Assembly: GCF_006345805.1 (NCBI RefSeq)
Contig: NC_043014.1
Location: 31,248,001-31,312,000 of the forward strand
DNA length: 64,000 bases
Direction: 5' to 3'
Origin: Octopus sinensis
Lineage: Eukaryota
The position numbers were made by a program, and so were the translations under genes. Position 1 is the stretch's first letter; every line of letters begins with the position of its first letter. The notes below the pieces were generated by a model that was not told where the DNA came from, did no database searches, and worked only from the letters and a program-made list of their open reading frames with translations. This document shows positions 50,956-64,000 of the stretch, piece by piece.

Positions 50956-51768
50956 AATGAACAATAAAAACAGATATGGACCTTTAAAGACTAAAAATTT
51001 ATCATACATGGCGTCCATAAAATACTTTTACAATTTGAAAAATTCAGACAAAAAAAACATAAGAATAACTCAGCAGAATTTATTGGAAAACAACGGCAAA
51101 CAAATATTATAAACATCAGAACACTTTCACGTGGATTCTATTGATTACACATAACCTGATGAGTTATCCATATATTTCTTTCTAAATTTTTCGAATTTGT
51201 AAAGATAATTTATGGACACTGTGTATTAATAAGGCCTCACTCATGCCCTCATTTCATCTGTTGGTTAAAAGACGCCTACACATGCGTCTCGGATATTATC
51301 ATACCTATAACCGAAGGAAAAGGTGATTTAAAATAGTAAAAGTTTGGAAACAATTATTTAGGAATGATTATTCATGATCTCCTGCTTATGATTTAGCCGT
51401 TATTTCAAGCAAACCTTATTGAGGCCCCTCGCTCTTTTTTGTCTGCTGATTCAACCAGCATCTACACGATGAGAAAATGATCAGTTGTGTCAAAAAACAT
51501 TCGAAATGTTAGTTTGGGGCCAACGCGCGTGTTCCAAAACATGGGAGGAAAATTGGGAGAAGATTTTTAAAAAAAGCAAAACTTGAAAATAATTTTTTTT
51601 TCATACTCGTAATTTCTGAATTATTCCACGCAGAATTCATAACAAAAAAGTGAATTTTGTTTTTACTCATTTCGAAATTTACAAATAAAAATAACCCCCA
51701 GCAGAAAAAAAAAAAAAAACTCAAAAAAAAACTATCATTACTGATTTAATTTCAATGATTAATTGATT

Positions 51769-51774
51769 TTTATT
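51769..51774 (-). terminator. Putative AATAAA polyA signal of copy D
   Basis: Homologous position to copies A and C. Confidence 0.5.
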
Positions 51775-51940
51775 AATATTTTTACCGATGTTGTCATTGC
51801 CGGCGTTGCCTTTGTTGTCATCGTCGCCATCGTTTTTGTTGTTGTTGTTGTTGTTCTTGTTGTTGTTGTTGTTCTTGTTCTTGTTCTTCTTCTTCTTACT
51901 GTATTTAAAACCACCAATAAGGCAGATGAAAATGTCTCTC

Positions 51941-52194
51941 CTAGTCTAGTATCACTTCAGACAACATTGGTTCACCACGGAGACCAAGCTCCATGTTTTT
52001 GAAGGCTGTGTCACACAATTCATATGCTACCTCTTTTGTGTTTGAGGCACAGTGTGGTGTAATGATAACATTTGGGAAGTTGTAAAGTTTGTGGTCTACT
52101 GGCAAGGGTTCAGGTGTAGTGACGTCCAGGGCAGCTCCTGCAATCCTTCCTGATTCCAATGCATCAACAAGAGCACTATGGTCAATGATATCTC
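51941..52194 (-). CDS. 2-hydroxyacid dehydrogenase copy D, coding exon 4
   Basis: 254 nt, TTTAG acceptor, TAG stop; 327-aa product. Confidence 0.93.
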
Positions 52195-52255
52195 CTAAAT
52201 TGAAAAAACAAAAAAAAAATCACAGAAAGCAAAGAAAGAGTTGGTAATTTCAATA

Positions 52256-52291
<36 letters not shown>

Positions 52292-52507
52292 TATGAAATT
52301 TTGTGTAATGAGATAAGAAAAAAACCAAGGCCGTATAGATATTAGAGCATAAATTTTTATCTCATTACGCAACGTTGAACCCTTTATTCGCAATATTACC
52401 AAATCTGGAACTTAACTATGGTCTGTCTATAGCACTTATTCAGCATTACCTGACACCTTTGGGTCTCAATGACACCATTATCTCATATATGTATATATAT
52501 GTATATA

Positions 52508-53781
52508 TTGGGTCATCCCATAAATAATGCGGTTTTTTCCATTTGCGTGAACTAAAAGACGGAGGGGGACGGGATGGACTACCTGCATCAACTTGCTATA
52601 AAGCAGGTAGTAATTTTACCTTGAACTTATTCTTAGTGTAAATTTTGAATAGTGCAGTTCGATTTTAAGTTATTTTTTCAAATCTATAATAGAAGTGACA
52701 AAGGAGCATATTCGGCATATTTTGCTTTGAGCTCAATAAAGGCAAAAATGCAACGGAAAGTACGAGGAATATTAATGCAGTATATTGGGATCGGACAATA
52801 AGCGTAAGCCAGTGTCAACGGTAGTTCTAGAAATTATGAACCGGAAACTACAGCCTAGAAAACGAGTCACATCTTGGAAAATTTGTAGAGCTCGACGAGG
52901 ACGTCCTGCAAACCCTGGTGGAACAAAATCCCATCGTAACTGTCGAGGAACTAGCAGAGAGGCTTGGATTTGGTCATTCAACCATTTATCGACACCTGCG
53001 TGCCATTGGAAAAGTGAGCAAATTGGGTCAACAGGCTCCTCACAAACTTTCCGAGTCTAATCACGCGCGTCGCGAGTGCATGTGTGCTCTTCTTTACTAT
53101 TACATCTCACAAATGAACCTTTTTTGAACCGAATAGTGACTGGTGACGAGAAATGGTTTCTTTATAAAAATGTCAAACACCGAAGACTGGGTAGGGAAAG
53201 GAGAAACACCGGTACCCCAGGCTAAGGAAGGTGTTGCTATATTTTTGGTGGGATATGAAAGGTTTAGTCCACTTTGAACATTTAAACCCAAACCAAACGA
53301 TAACAAAGGAGATCTACTGCGAGCAGCTTGAGTGGATTAAGTCAGCACTAGAAGAAAAACAACTATCTTTGGTTTTAAGACGAAAGGTGTTCTTCCATGA
53401 GGATAATGCTCGGCCACATACAGCGAGGATGACATTCCAAAGGCTGGAGCAGTTTGAATGGGAAACGATGCCCTACCCACCATATTTGCCGGACATTGCC
53501 CCATTTGATTATCATTTATTCCACAGTCTTCAAAGTCATTTGGACAGAAAATGTATGAATTCTGTAGATGTTACTCCAGTAACAGTATTGTTACTGGAAG
53601 AGTATCTTTTGTCACGGACAAGTGAATTTTTGAAGTGGGGCCTTGCAAGACTACTAGATAGATGGGAAAGCATTGTAGAAAAAGGAGAGTATATTTTAGA
53701 TTAAAAAAGAACTTAGTTTATCTTAATTTTGAAAAATTAAAGAAGTATTTAAAAAATCGCATTATTTATGGGATGACCCAA
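52508..53781 (+). mobile_element. Full-length (1274 bp) defective mariner, DD34D, in intron 3 of copy D
   Basis: TIRs TTGGGTCATCCCATAAATAATGCG, TA TSDs; TGDEKW, HEDNARPH, PDIAPFDYHLF; start codon mutated, with stops and frameshifts. Confidence 0.95.
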
Positions 53782-53792
53782 TATATATAAAA

Positions 53793-54210
53793 TTACTAGC
53801 TGAGTATCCTGTCGTTGCTGGGTAATTTTCAGAGTAGAAAGCCTTGGTGTATTTTCGGAGTAGTACACTCTCCTAAGTTGGATATTCTCCGTTTTGAGGA
53901 GGATGTTTCAAATTTCTTATACACCACACCCCTGCAATTGATATGGGGGAAAGTTTTTATGAAAAAAAATGATTATGAATCTCCCCCACCTTCCAGAATA
54001 ATTTTGTCCAATATTTTTTTGCCCTACACATTTAAAAACAAAAGGAGACGCCTTTTCAGTAGAAAAAAAAAATTGAAAATATATGAAGTTTTTTCAAACC
54101 TTGCTCCGTCACTCAGTGTCGATTTTGGCCATTTTTGTTTTGCACTACACACTTGAAAACGATAGGAGAAGCATTACAGGTCCTATATAGTTACCTCGGT
54201 CCTATATAGT
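53793..54210 (+). mobile_element. Helentron/HINE-like non-autonomous element
   Basis: TACTAGCTGAGTATCCTGTCGTTG-type start, short terminal repeats GGTCCTATATAGT; followed by (TAA)n at 54214-54318. Confidence 0.35.
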
Positions 54211-54211
54211 C

Positions 54212-54318
<107 letters not shown>

Positions 54319-54609
54319 CATACTCATTAGTATTAAGGCAGGCCAATGCCTCTCATTAGGTCATTTCATTCTGTGTTCTTTAATTCAATGTTAAAGAAAC
54401 CAAGACATAAAAAACTTCCTATAACTATATACCAGTAATTAACTGCCAGTCCAATACCATTAAATTCTTCACCACTCACCATTCCTTCTTTTTAAAGATC
54501 ATCACTTCATATCATCAAGTTCCAATGTCAAATCAAACATTTTATTACTTGTCTATTTTTGTTTGTCATACATTCATAACTATTAGTGACAGGAAATTAA
54601 AGTACCTAC

Positions 54610-54788
54610 CTCTGGCAATATTGATTAAAGTTGCAGTCTTCTTCATTACGTCCAGTTCCTTGTGACCAATCAAATGATATGTTTGTGGTGTCAAAGCACA
54701 GGTAATCATAACATAGTCACACAATGGTAACATGTCCATCAAGCTACTATAAAACTGAGCATCCACATTTGCTTCTTCTTCTTCGGAC
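54610..54788 (-). CDS. 2-hydroxyacid dehydrogenase copy D, coding exon 3
   Basis: 179 nt, canonical splice sites, INIARG. Confidence 0.93.
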
Positions 54789-55365
54789 CTGTTGAAGAAA
54801 TTGATTAATTCATTAATTGTGTATTCTAACCAAAATATTAACTAGTTTCTGGAATGTGTGTATGAGGAATAATATTTTGTTCTTACTTTTTTGCATCTAT
54901 TTTTAGTATTGTAACGGATGGGTTTACTTCTGGAATAAGAGCGGTGTTTGCAGTTAGAAGCACTTCCTACTACAAACACTCAGATAAGAAGCAGGTGTGG
55001 CTGTTGTGTTGTCAAGCAGACAGACAGTTCAAAGACAGAACTGTTGCATAAGTATCGTAAATACTAGTAAACTAGTAAAAGTTTATGCTGAATCTGAAAT
55101 TATAGTAGAAGGGAGGTAAATTCCGGTATTTTTTTTCCGTGTTGATATTGGCTGGTCTAATATGGCAGGAAGCAGGTAGAATCATTAACACGCAGGACAA
55201 AATGCTTCACGCTATTTCTTCCGGCTTCACATTCCAAGATTAAATTCTGTCGAGGTCTACTTCGCTTTTCATCCTTTCGGGGTTGATGAAATGCATACCG
55301 GTTGAGTGCTGGGCTCGATGTAATAGACTAGCCCTTCTCCACGAATTTCAGGCTTTGTGTCGATA

Positions 55366-55663
55366 CAGTGAAACCTCGCTTTACAAATTCATTCCTGAAG
55401 ACCGTTCGACACTCGTAATGTTTGTCAACCGAAACTGTTCTCCCCATAAGGAATTCAAAAGAGGCGCAGGGGATTCAAGCAGAGATGTGCACTGACCGAA
55501 AGCTAGACAGTAACTGACACTCTCCCGCTGAAATTCTCAACTTGCTGCCAACCGTTGTTGTCGGCTTGCGGGTTCGTTATTTGAGACATTCTATGGTCAA
55601 AACATTGTTCGTAAACTGGTTTGTTTGTGATGAGAAGTGTTTGTAAACCGAGCCTTCACTCTG
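55366..55663. mobile_element. Tigger-like MITE with degenerate TIRs
   Basis: CAGTGAAACCTCGCTTTACAAA ... TTTGTAAACCGAGCCTTCACT. Confidence 0.6.
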
Positions 55664-55989
55664 GCAGAAAGGACATTGGCTGGTCTAACAAAAATAAACA
55701 AGTGTGCTCCAGAACAAATTGCTTTAATATTTTATTGAGGTTAGCAGCCTTTCGTCCGTTTTTATGTTTTGGGTTCAAACACTGCACTTGGGCTCCATGA
55801 TCTGCATTCTCGAGAGTACTGCTTCATCTATGAGAAGGGGCCAAGCAATACAGAGATATAAGCAAAACCACAAATACCAGATCTTGTATTTGCCTGCTAG
55901 TTTTAATCTATCTATTCTTTTAGCCCATCCTCGGTTCGTGTTAACATCTCAACGCCTCTCTTCTTATCAGAGAAGTTAACATATCGTCG

Positions 55990-58022
55990 TCTTAAGCTTA
56001 TCATAGGATTGCCCTTAACTGTTGGCATGGTTTCTCATGCTTATTTGTACTTTTTTTTTTGCTTCTGCTGACTTTTGAGAAAAGTCAGATTACAAATGCC
56101 TTAAACCGCATTCTTGACCAACTAAGTAGAACGTCCAGTCTTTCCAGAAATATTTGGATTGGCTTTTGGCCTAATAAGATAAGGAAATAAAAGTAAAATT
56201 AGTCAGTGACCAGGTTAGAGAATAATGAGAGAAAAATATAAAAACAGAAAAGAAAAGTAGTATGTAAAGATTAGTAGAGATAATGGTGTATAAAATTATA
56301 AATAAATCTAGGCCACAATTGAAACTTATCAAAGAAATTAATCCGAGGCAGACTGAAAGCTAGACATGAGCCTGTCAATTGGGAATGCTATGTCAGCAGG
56401 AAAACAAACCTCTTTCTTGTCTGTCACAAACAACAATATCTGGTCTTGTGTTGATGTTTGAGCGTGTATTTGATAGCAGGGCGCTTTTCTATATCTATTC
56501 CAGGACAGTAATTTTTTTCAAAGTTCATTGTGTACTGTTTTAGCGTCAACGCTGTGTTGCATAGGTAAGTAGCACCTTGATGAGATTTTTGGGCAACTGC
56601 TAATCACATGAAACGTGATATAATCTACATTTTCGGTTGCATCTTCAGGCTTTAAGGGCTTCATTGTTTCTTATGCTCACTAGGTGTTTCATAGCAATCT
56701 CCTGTTCTTGGATTGCAAATGCAAAGCATTCGAAGTGCGTTGTGATGCAGCAGTCAGGAGTCTAAGGTAAGTCGTATTTCTTGTCAATATCATTGTCTTC
56801 ATGTCTTTGTGTCTGTATGCATGTGTAGTGACGCCGTTTTGGAAATCTTCAGCACGCATGCGCAGAGTTGGATTCTTCCAGGAGGCCTGCCGGAAGTTCC
56901 CTCATGCGCATACGCAGAAAACTAACAACAGCAAAATTTCCCGCGTATCGGTCTCTCGAACGCTGACAGTCGAACAGGACGGTCGTGTTGTAGCAGCTCT
57001 CTCAAACTGCTACCTCGTGGCGTTGCTACACTATGCTTGAACGGATAGGATTTGGTTCACTCCACTTGACTACTGCGACGAGCTCCTAGGCTACCGATTC
57101 GTCCTGAAAGAAGAATGTATATATTGCAAATCCAGAAATAAAATATTTATGCTGTTGAAGTTAATCAGAAGTCTTGACTCTCCTTCGATTAATATTTTTA
57201 TGTAAAGGATGAGAGCTGCACCCATCCAGTGTAACAGACCGTTCATCCTGTTACATATGTATGCAAGATAATGCATAGTCTTCTTTGTTTGTAAGCTGAG
57301 CGTTTCACATTCAGGTCATCTTTGCTTCTCCATCTTGTTTTGGGGTTGTATGGGAGGCCATCAGGAAGAGAAGCTCTCTAAGGAGCTTGTTGCTGATGAG
57401 TAGGATGTTGTTCTCTTCGTTTTTCATTACTAAGTTTATGTATATATTTTAACAGTTGCTATTTAGCAGATGTTATCTGAGAGAGGCTATACAATATTCA
57501 AAGGCCATCAGCACTGATCTCAAGTCTCATCTTCCTTCATCTCTTCTTAGTAAGAGCTTGTCGGTATCACTATTTCTGTGTGAGCTTCAAGTTGAAGCCA
57601 AACTCTTGCAGGTTCTAATGACTATGGAGTGGATTTCTTCTACAATCCAGTGAAATATTCCAAAAGTCTGAATCAGTTCTAGTACCACAAATGCATTGTG
57701 AGATTTTGTCTTCTATAAAGAGAAGTCTGGTTAATATTTTCGGATTACTCTATCTTTATTCACAGTGCCTTCATATGATATGTTTTCATCAATATTTTCG
57801 TATTTGTAGCATTCTTTGTGTGGGACAGGAGAGATGGAGGCCGTTGATGCTCAGATTTTGGGCTTGAGGGAATGCTTTTCTCCATTCAGCAATCGAATGC
57901 GAGCATTTCTTTTGGCCAAATTCCATTCCTATTTCAGCTGTTTTTTGCATTAGTAACATTTATCACTTAAGTCATCAGGTCATCCACAAACAAATTATGG
58001 GTTACATCGATACCTCTAATAG
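55990..58022 (-). mobile_element. Degenerate R4/Dong-like LINE (RT, zinc knuckle, RLE), same family as 5330-7400
   Basis: VTHNLFVDDL, EIGMEFGQKKC, HRNSDTDKL, FAIQEQEIA.KHL, SSCPKIS, TRPDIVV. Confidence 0.8.
56824..57255 (+). mobile_element. Putative solo LTR nested in the LINE
   Basis: TGTA...TACA termini, AATAAA near 57137, imperfect CATG/TATG flanks. Confidence 0.5.
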
Positions 58023-58025
58023 TTG

Positions 58026-58163
58026 TATGTATGTATGTATGTATGTATGTATGTATGTATGTATGTATGTATGTATGTATGTATGTATGTATGTATGTAT
58101 GCATGTATGTATGTATGTATGTATGTATGTATGTATGTATGTATGTATGTATGTATGTATGCA
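58026..58163. repeat. (GTAT)n microsatellite
   Basis: Direct reading. Confidence 0.95.
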
Positions 58164-58965
58164 TGTAGTGAAGGCGCGTGGCTCAGTGGTTAGAGCGTCG
58201 AGCTTACGATCGTGAGGTTGTGAGCTCGAATCCCGGACCGGGCTGCGTGTTGTGTTCTTGAACAAGACACTTTATTTCACGTTGCTCCAGTTCACTCAGC
58301 TGTAGACATGAGTTGCGACGTCACAGGTGCCAAGCTGTATCGGCCCTTGCCTTTCCCTTGGACAACATCGGTGACGTGGAGAGGGGAGGCCGGTATGCAT
58401 GGGCGACTGCTGGTCTTCCATAAAACAACCTTGCCCAGACTTGTGCCTCAGAGGGTAACTCTCTAGGTGCAAACCCATGGTCAGTGTCTGACCGAAGGGG
58501 GTCACCAACACCAACATGTATGCATGAATGTATAGTAAATGTAACTGATTTTCACCTTCAGCAGGCCTCTCCTCATAGAAAATGTTATAATGGAACAGAG
58601 AGGACAACCTTTGCGACCTAGAAAAAAATCCAAAAAAAACGCAGAACAGTCAGATATCAGTTGAAATCCCTCTTACCATCGTTGGTTTGCTCGATCCAGA
58701 AGTGGTCAGTGTTTCACAGCAAATATAATAAGGTTTATGAAGTTGCTTCCCTACATGTACCCGAGATCTTTCACTTGTTCAATCAAACTCTTTTATCTCT
58801 CACTCTCCATGGAGATATATGCTGACATTTGAACGTATGTTTCAATGTATCCAATTTCAGAGAGAGAGAGGGAAACCCTCGGACCCAGCCAAATTTTTAT
58901 AAGATTATAGAGATATCCATTAACAATGATGTTGTCGGTCATATTCAATCTCTCTTTCTCAGTCT

Positions 58966-58999
<34 letters not shown>

Positions 59000-59044
59000 A
59001 ATCTATCTATCTATCTATCTGTCTACCTTCCATGATTTCAACTT

Positions 59045-59620
59045 TTGAGCAAATCTATTAGAGACCTTTTATGCCACTCACCAGTGGGATCTGGCTTCAG
59101 CGAAGTTAGTGAAAACAATGTAGTTGCTCCGAACATCAGCAAAACCTTCATCTGTGTTTGGCATCCAACAACATCGATCCTTCATTCCTTCATAACCCTC
59201 TCGATCCATGCATCATCTTCATGCAACCTAGTCACTGGATGATTAACTTGTATTGATCTTATAAACTGAGATCTTGAGAGTATCCCATAGTAGGGACATG
59301 TCAACCTTGTCTCTTTTAAAAGAACTCCCACCAAAAAGACTCAAGCATTACTCATACCACTGCATCTCACACTCTCGAAACATGAATGGCACTTAGAATG
59401 AGCCTTCACAGTTGCCCCAAATGGTGGGCCTCATTATCACCAAGGTTCTCTCCTGGCAAAAGCACATCATTAGTACAGCTAGGATTACATCTCAATGACT
59501 AGCCCTTCTCTTTAACCCAAAAGATATATCAGTCTCTAACAGTTCCTAACACTCTACAAAATCCCATAGTAGGGGTACCCACATCTCGGTTTCTACAACT
59601 GTTACGCACACTGACATATT
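59045..59620 (+). mobile_element. Old LINE (CR1/Jockey-like) RT relic
   Basis: Weak motif resemblance only. Confidence 0.3.
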
Positions 59621-59714
59621 GCCTCCACTGAAGGGCCACTTGGCTGATTAGCATTCTGTCATTAATGGACGCACTCAAACCTCTGGCCCTACAGGATTAC
59701 TATTTCCACTTTCT

Positions 59715-59739
59715 TTCTCTCTCTCTCTCCTTCCCCCCT

Positions 59740-59798
<59 letters not shown>

Positions 59799-59861
59799 CA
59801 TCTATCTATCTGTCTGTCTGTCTGTCTGCCTTCCTACCTACCTACCTACCTACCTACCTAC

Positions 59862-59925
<64 letters not shown>

Positions 59926-59930
59926 ATATC
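59715..59930. repeat. (CT)n/(TCTA)n/(CCTA)n microsatellite
   Basis: Direct reading. Confidence 0.95.
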
Positions 59931-60339
59931 TCCCTCACTCACTCACTCATTCACTCACTTTTCTATTGCTGCTATAATGGTCTCTGCACTTTGGAGCAGG
60001 CTGGTCTCGTAGCCCCATCCACACTGCCCAGCCCTGTACCATTTGTCCATCCACCACTCATCACCCTTATTGCCCTCCTCTCTTTCCCTGCACAAACGAC
60101 AACACCCATTTCTTCATCCCTAGAAATTTCTTCTCTCTGGAATCTCCTCCACACTCATGTCTTTCCTGCAACAGTTTAAACAGAACGTAAACAGCATCTA
60201 TCTAACCAGTCTTTGAGAGCCTACAAGGATCATAGGTCATCCTCTTCCTTCAGACTCAAAAAGTATTTAAAATCCATGCATCTATCCTTCAATTCACTTG
60301 TTGTAATGTCCCAAACACAAATCTAATTAAAGCACTCAC

Positions 60340-60514
60340 CTTTGCCTTCTTTGATGATACAACACCTTCATTTCAAAAGCATGAGCTCTGATTGCCAGCT
60401 TGTAGCCAATGGTTCCCATTCCAATTATTCCAATTGCATTTCCTGTGACGTCATGTGCCAAAAGTTCTGGTGGATACAAACTTTTTTTCAATGTCTTCGG
60501 AAAATATTCAGCAC
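60340..60514 (-). CDS. 2-hydroxyacid dehydrogenase copy D, coding exon 2
   Basis: 175 nt, canonical splice sites, GMGTIG motif. Confidence 0.93.
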
Positions 60515-60739
60515 CTGAAGATATATATATATACACATCTAATGTAGGATAAAAAATTTTTTCGAAAAAATTTTATCAATGGCCAGCATATTAAAAAATA
60601 CCTTTAAAGGTTAAATTTATAAACAACTTATAAATAAGGGCAAACGAAAAAAATTTCTAATGCCAAACATGCCGAAATTAGACACATAGTCCATAACCAT
60701 ATATTTTATCACAATACACACGCTACTCGAAAAAGGTCG

Positions 60740-60995
60740 AGAGAAATTTCTAAAAAATTCCGAGACACTACAATGTTCATCCTGATGCTGGATATGTTCT
60801 TGCACCTCTCTTGCCCTTCTTGCTGAGAATCACCCATAAAATATATTTGAAGGAATTTTGGTGATTCATTTGAGAGAAGTAGTAGAGAGTCAATCCGATG
60901 ATAAATCTGACCGTGGACCTTGAAAGTTTGCATGAATCCTGGCTCAGTTATATCTCTTGTCGCTCCAAATCATATCGTTTTTTCCCCACTTCTTC
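60740..60995 (-). mobile_element. Helitron Rep N-terminal fragment
   Basis: FGATRDITEPGFMQTFKVHGQIYHRIDSLL...PKFLQIYF. Confidence 0.85.
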
Positions 60996-62109
60996 ATAGT
61001 TAAAAGCAAAGAAGCCAGAAAAGATCGATCGCATTACAGTCTAATTGTCGATTCAAATGACTGAGGCTTTCCTTTCTCTGGCTCCATCGCTTCACTCCTT
61101 TTCTCTATGGTTAAGAGAGTGAAGGTACGTAGCTCAATGGCTAGAGGTATTCGGCCAACGATCGTAAAATCATGAGTACAATTCCCGGTGGTGCGCTGTG
61201 TTCTTGAGCAAGATACTCTAATTCACCTTGCTGCAGTCCACTCAGCTGGCAAAAATTAGTTGTAGCTGTAATTCAAATGGGCCAGCCTTGTCACATTCTG
61301 TGTGAGGCTGAATCTCCCTGAGAACTACATTATAGAATGTATGTCTGTGGAGTACTCAGCCATTTGTGCGTTAATTTTACGAGTAGACTGTTCCGTTGAT
61401 CAGATAAACAGGAACCACGTCGTCGTAAGCGATGGAGTGTCATTTTTTAAAAAGAGTGAAAGGAAAGGAAATGTTCCATATCGTAAGGCAAAAAATATCA
61501 AGTGTTTAGTATAAACAGTGAAGGCTAAGACGAAATAATTGCGTTTCCGTTGTGTAGTGACTTCGCCTGGGACTCACTCTCAGTTTGATAACAACAGCCA
61601 GCACATCAGTGTTTATCTGGGGGCTTGGCCTCCAGATCTGTGAGACCCATAAATGCCAAAATGAGTTGTAGCTGTAATTAAAAGGGGCCAGCCTTGTCAT
61701 ATACTGTGTGAGGCTGAATCTCCCTGAGAACTATGCTAATGGTATGCATGTTTGTGGAGTACTCAGCCACTTGCGAGTTAATTTTATCCTCGTGTGGTAA
61801 TGAAAAGTGAAAGTGACTTCCAATATTTGCTGTAGTTATTTGTCTTTGATTTAACAATGTGTCTGTGTATCTATGTATCAACTTTTCTTTCGATCTATGT
61901 ATCTACTGTCCCTCTCACTTTCTCTCTTTCTCTCTCACTTCCTCTGTATCCCATCCCTCCTTTCTCCCGCTTTTAATTTAACAATGTGTGTATGTATCTA
62001 TGTATTTACTTTTCTTTCGATGTGTGCATTAGTCTACTCCGAAAATACTGATAAACATTTTACCTCTCCCTTCAACGGTAGAAAAGTAACAGTAACATCC
62101 ACAGCTATT

Positions 62110-62116
62110 TGCTGAG

Positions 62117-62170
<54 letters not shown>

Positions 62171-62253
62171 ATGTGTGTGTGTGTGTGTGTTAGAGAGAGA
62201 GAGAGAGAATATGTGTGTGCGTGTGTTAGAGAGAGAGAATGTGTGTGTGTGTG

Positions 62254-62314
<61 letters not shown>

Positions 62315-62360
62315 CAGACAGACAGAATTACTGTCAAACAGACAGACAGACAGATAGATA
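62110..62360. repeat. (GA)n/(TG)n/(GACA)n microsatellite
   Basis: Direct reading. Confidence 0.95.
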
Positions 62361-62630
62361 GGCAACATATCTCTCTTCAACCTTTTCTTCCGTCAACCTG
62401 TGAAGTGTAACACATACCACAGATACGTACAAAAATAAAAACAAAAAAAACTAAGCGTATTAATATCATTGATAATAATAATTATGACGAAGGAGCATTA
62501 GCATTACCTTTAATTCACACACACACACATAATGAAGGAAGACTTTAATCAATTAGGTATTAAAAAAGGAGACAAACAAATCCCATCGTTTTCTTTGTGT
62601 CTTAAAAATTAAAAGGAATCATTTACTTAC

Positions 62631-63006
62631 ACTGAATGATTTTCCTTGATATTGCTAATAACAGAGCCATTCCAAAATTGGCTGTAGTAACTCCATCCTG
62701 GGTGCTATGACCAATCCTAATGCCACGTGATTTAGCCCATTTAGTATCAACACTATTGAAACCAATGCCAATGAAGGAAATAACTTTAAGGTTTACTAAC
62801 TTCTCAAGTAATTCAAGGAATTCTTGGTTTCTATTTAGGTCCGACTGTACATACAAGCCAACAACCTTCTCACAGAGTGAAGGATTTTGTTCCAGTTCTT
62901 TGAGACTCACCACATTTTGTTTACGGAATACAACATTGAAGAAGAAGCTCTTAAAATCAGGCAATTTTTCATAAAGATGTTCACAAAAATTCACTACCAA
63001 AGCCAT
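62631..63006 (-). CDS. 2-hydroxyacid dehydrogenase copy D, coding exon 1
   Basis: 376 nt, ATG at 63006, pyrimidine tract plus AG 7 nt upstream, GTAAGT donor. Confidence 0.92.
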
Positions 63007-63467
63007 GATATTGCTGTAATTGAGAATAAAAAGTATTTCACAAACAACTGAAACGGCTGAACGAATAAGGAACTACATATAATAAAGGACCAATTTTTTT
63101 CTATATTAATATTTTCTGTCATACAAAATTAATAGACGTTCTATTTGGGAAATAACCTACGCTGCCTGACTGTCTTTTGAACTGAAATACAATATCTAAG
63201 GATGTTTTGTGTTTTTTAAACCATAAAAATAAAGAAAATTGTCAACGATGTGAACTAGTTTTTAATATACTTCTTTACTTTTGAGTTGATTATACTTTAT
63301 CACGAATAATATATTTTGGGACTGCAGACGTGATGGTACATATTCACGATGTTTTATATTCCATCATCTTTCATTTTATTTATTTTAGGATCTTTTCGAT
63401 TTGAACGGCAGTTTTTAACATAATTTCTAGGTAACTAAAAAATTTTAAACTTCGTATACTGGTAGAA

Positions 63468-63700
63468 TCTCTCTCTATATAAACGGCAGTTTGTCTGTCT
63501 GTGTGTCTGTCAGGTTGTACTCTCACCCTGACCACGGCTTTCAACCGATTCTGATGAAACTTGACACACACATAGCCCAATGTCATAATTCAAAACTAAC
63601 GCAGCGAAAATTTTGAAAAGTTCGCCCAGTTCTGAAAAAAGTCAATAAATTCGACATGGGGTCGAGAATCTAAGTTTTTTATATGCAACACATTTTCTGT
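63468..63700 (+). mobile_element. Non-autonomous Helitron-like element 5-prime end
   Basis: TCTCTCTATATAAA start followed by a (GTCT)n tract. Confidence 0.4.
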
Positions 63701-64000
63701 TGTAGTTTTCGCAACTTGCAATCGATTTTCACCAAACTCATGGTGAAGCTTAATGTTACCCTGAGAAACTTAATTCTGACGTTAGTTTTCCATGCAATAC
63801 CTTACCATCACAAAAAATCGATAAAATCATGCCATTTTGGGAAATCGCGTTCAAATTCAAGATGACATATTTTCGTCAATATCTTTCACAAATTGGCAGG
63901 ATTTTTTTTTTAAATTCACAGCGACCATCATGTCTGCTACAAGGAGCTATATGGCCCTTTTTATTCCAATAGGATACTTTATTACTGGAAAAAATCGGTT

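Overview
AT-rich, repeat-dense animal genomic DNA. The tRNA-derived SINE families and microsatellite load look like Octopus (coleoid cephalopod); this is inferred from repeat content, not from a database search. Host genes: (1) the first two coding exons of XRCC1 (minus strand, 8650-8600 and 3062-2970; the gene runs off the left edge). (2) A tandem array of D-isomer-specific 2-hydroxyacid dehydrogenases (GRHPR/2-ketogluconate-reductase-like) on the minus strand. It has three intact 4-coding-exon genes of 326-327 aa: copy A 13262-22886, copy C 32962-44623, copy D 51941-63006. It also has an inverted, frameshifted orphan exon 1 (copy B, 25936-26298, plus strand) and a decayed exon-1 relic (copy E, 28336-28433). 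The paralogs are nearly invariant in the cofactor-binding domain but differ strongly in the substrate-binding segments, including the position equivalent to human GRHPR Arg302. The remainder is TE debris: Gypsy, R4/Dong-like, RTE, Penelope (with a decayed hammerhead-like motif), mariner, Tc1, Tigger, Tc2 MITE, piggyBac, Helitron, SINEs and microsatellites. Structural oddities include two complementary halves of a Gypsy gag in permuted order 12.6 kb apart, and a sense LTR with a splice donor upstream of copy A, which has lost its native polypyrimidine tract. Exon boundaries were counted by hand. TE boundaries are approximate unless TIR, TSD or LTR ends are stated.
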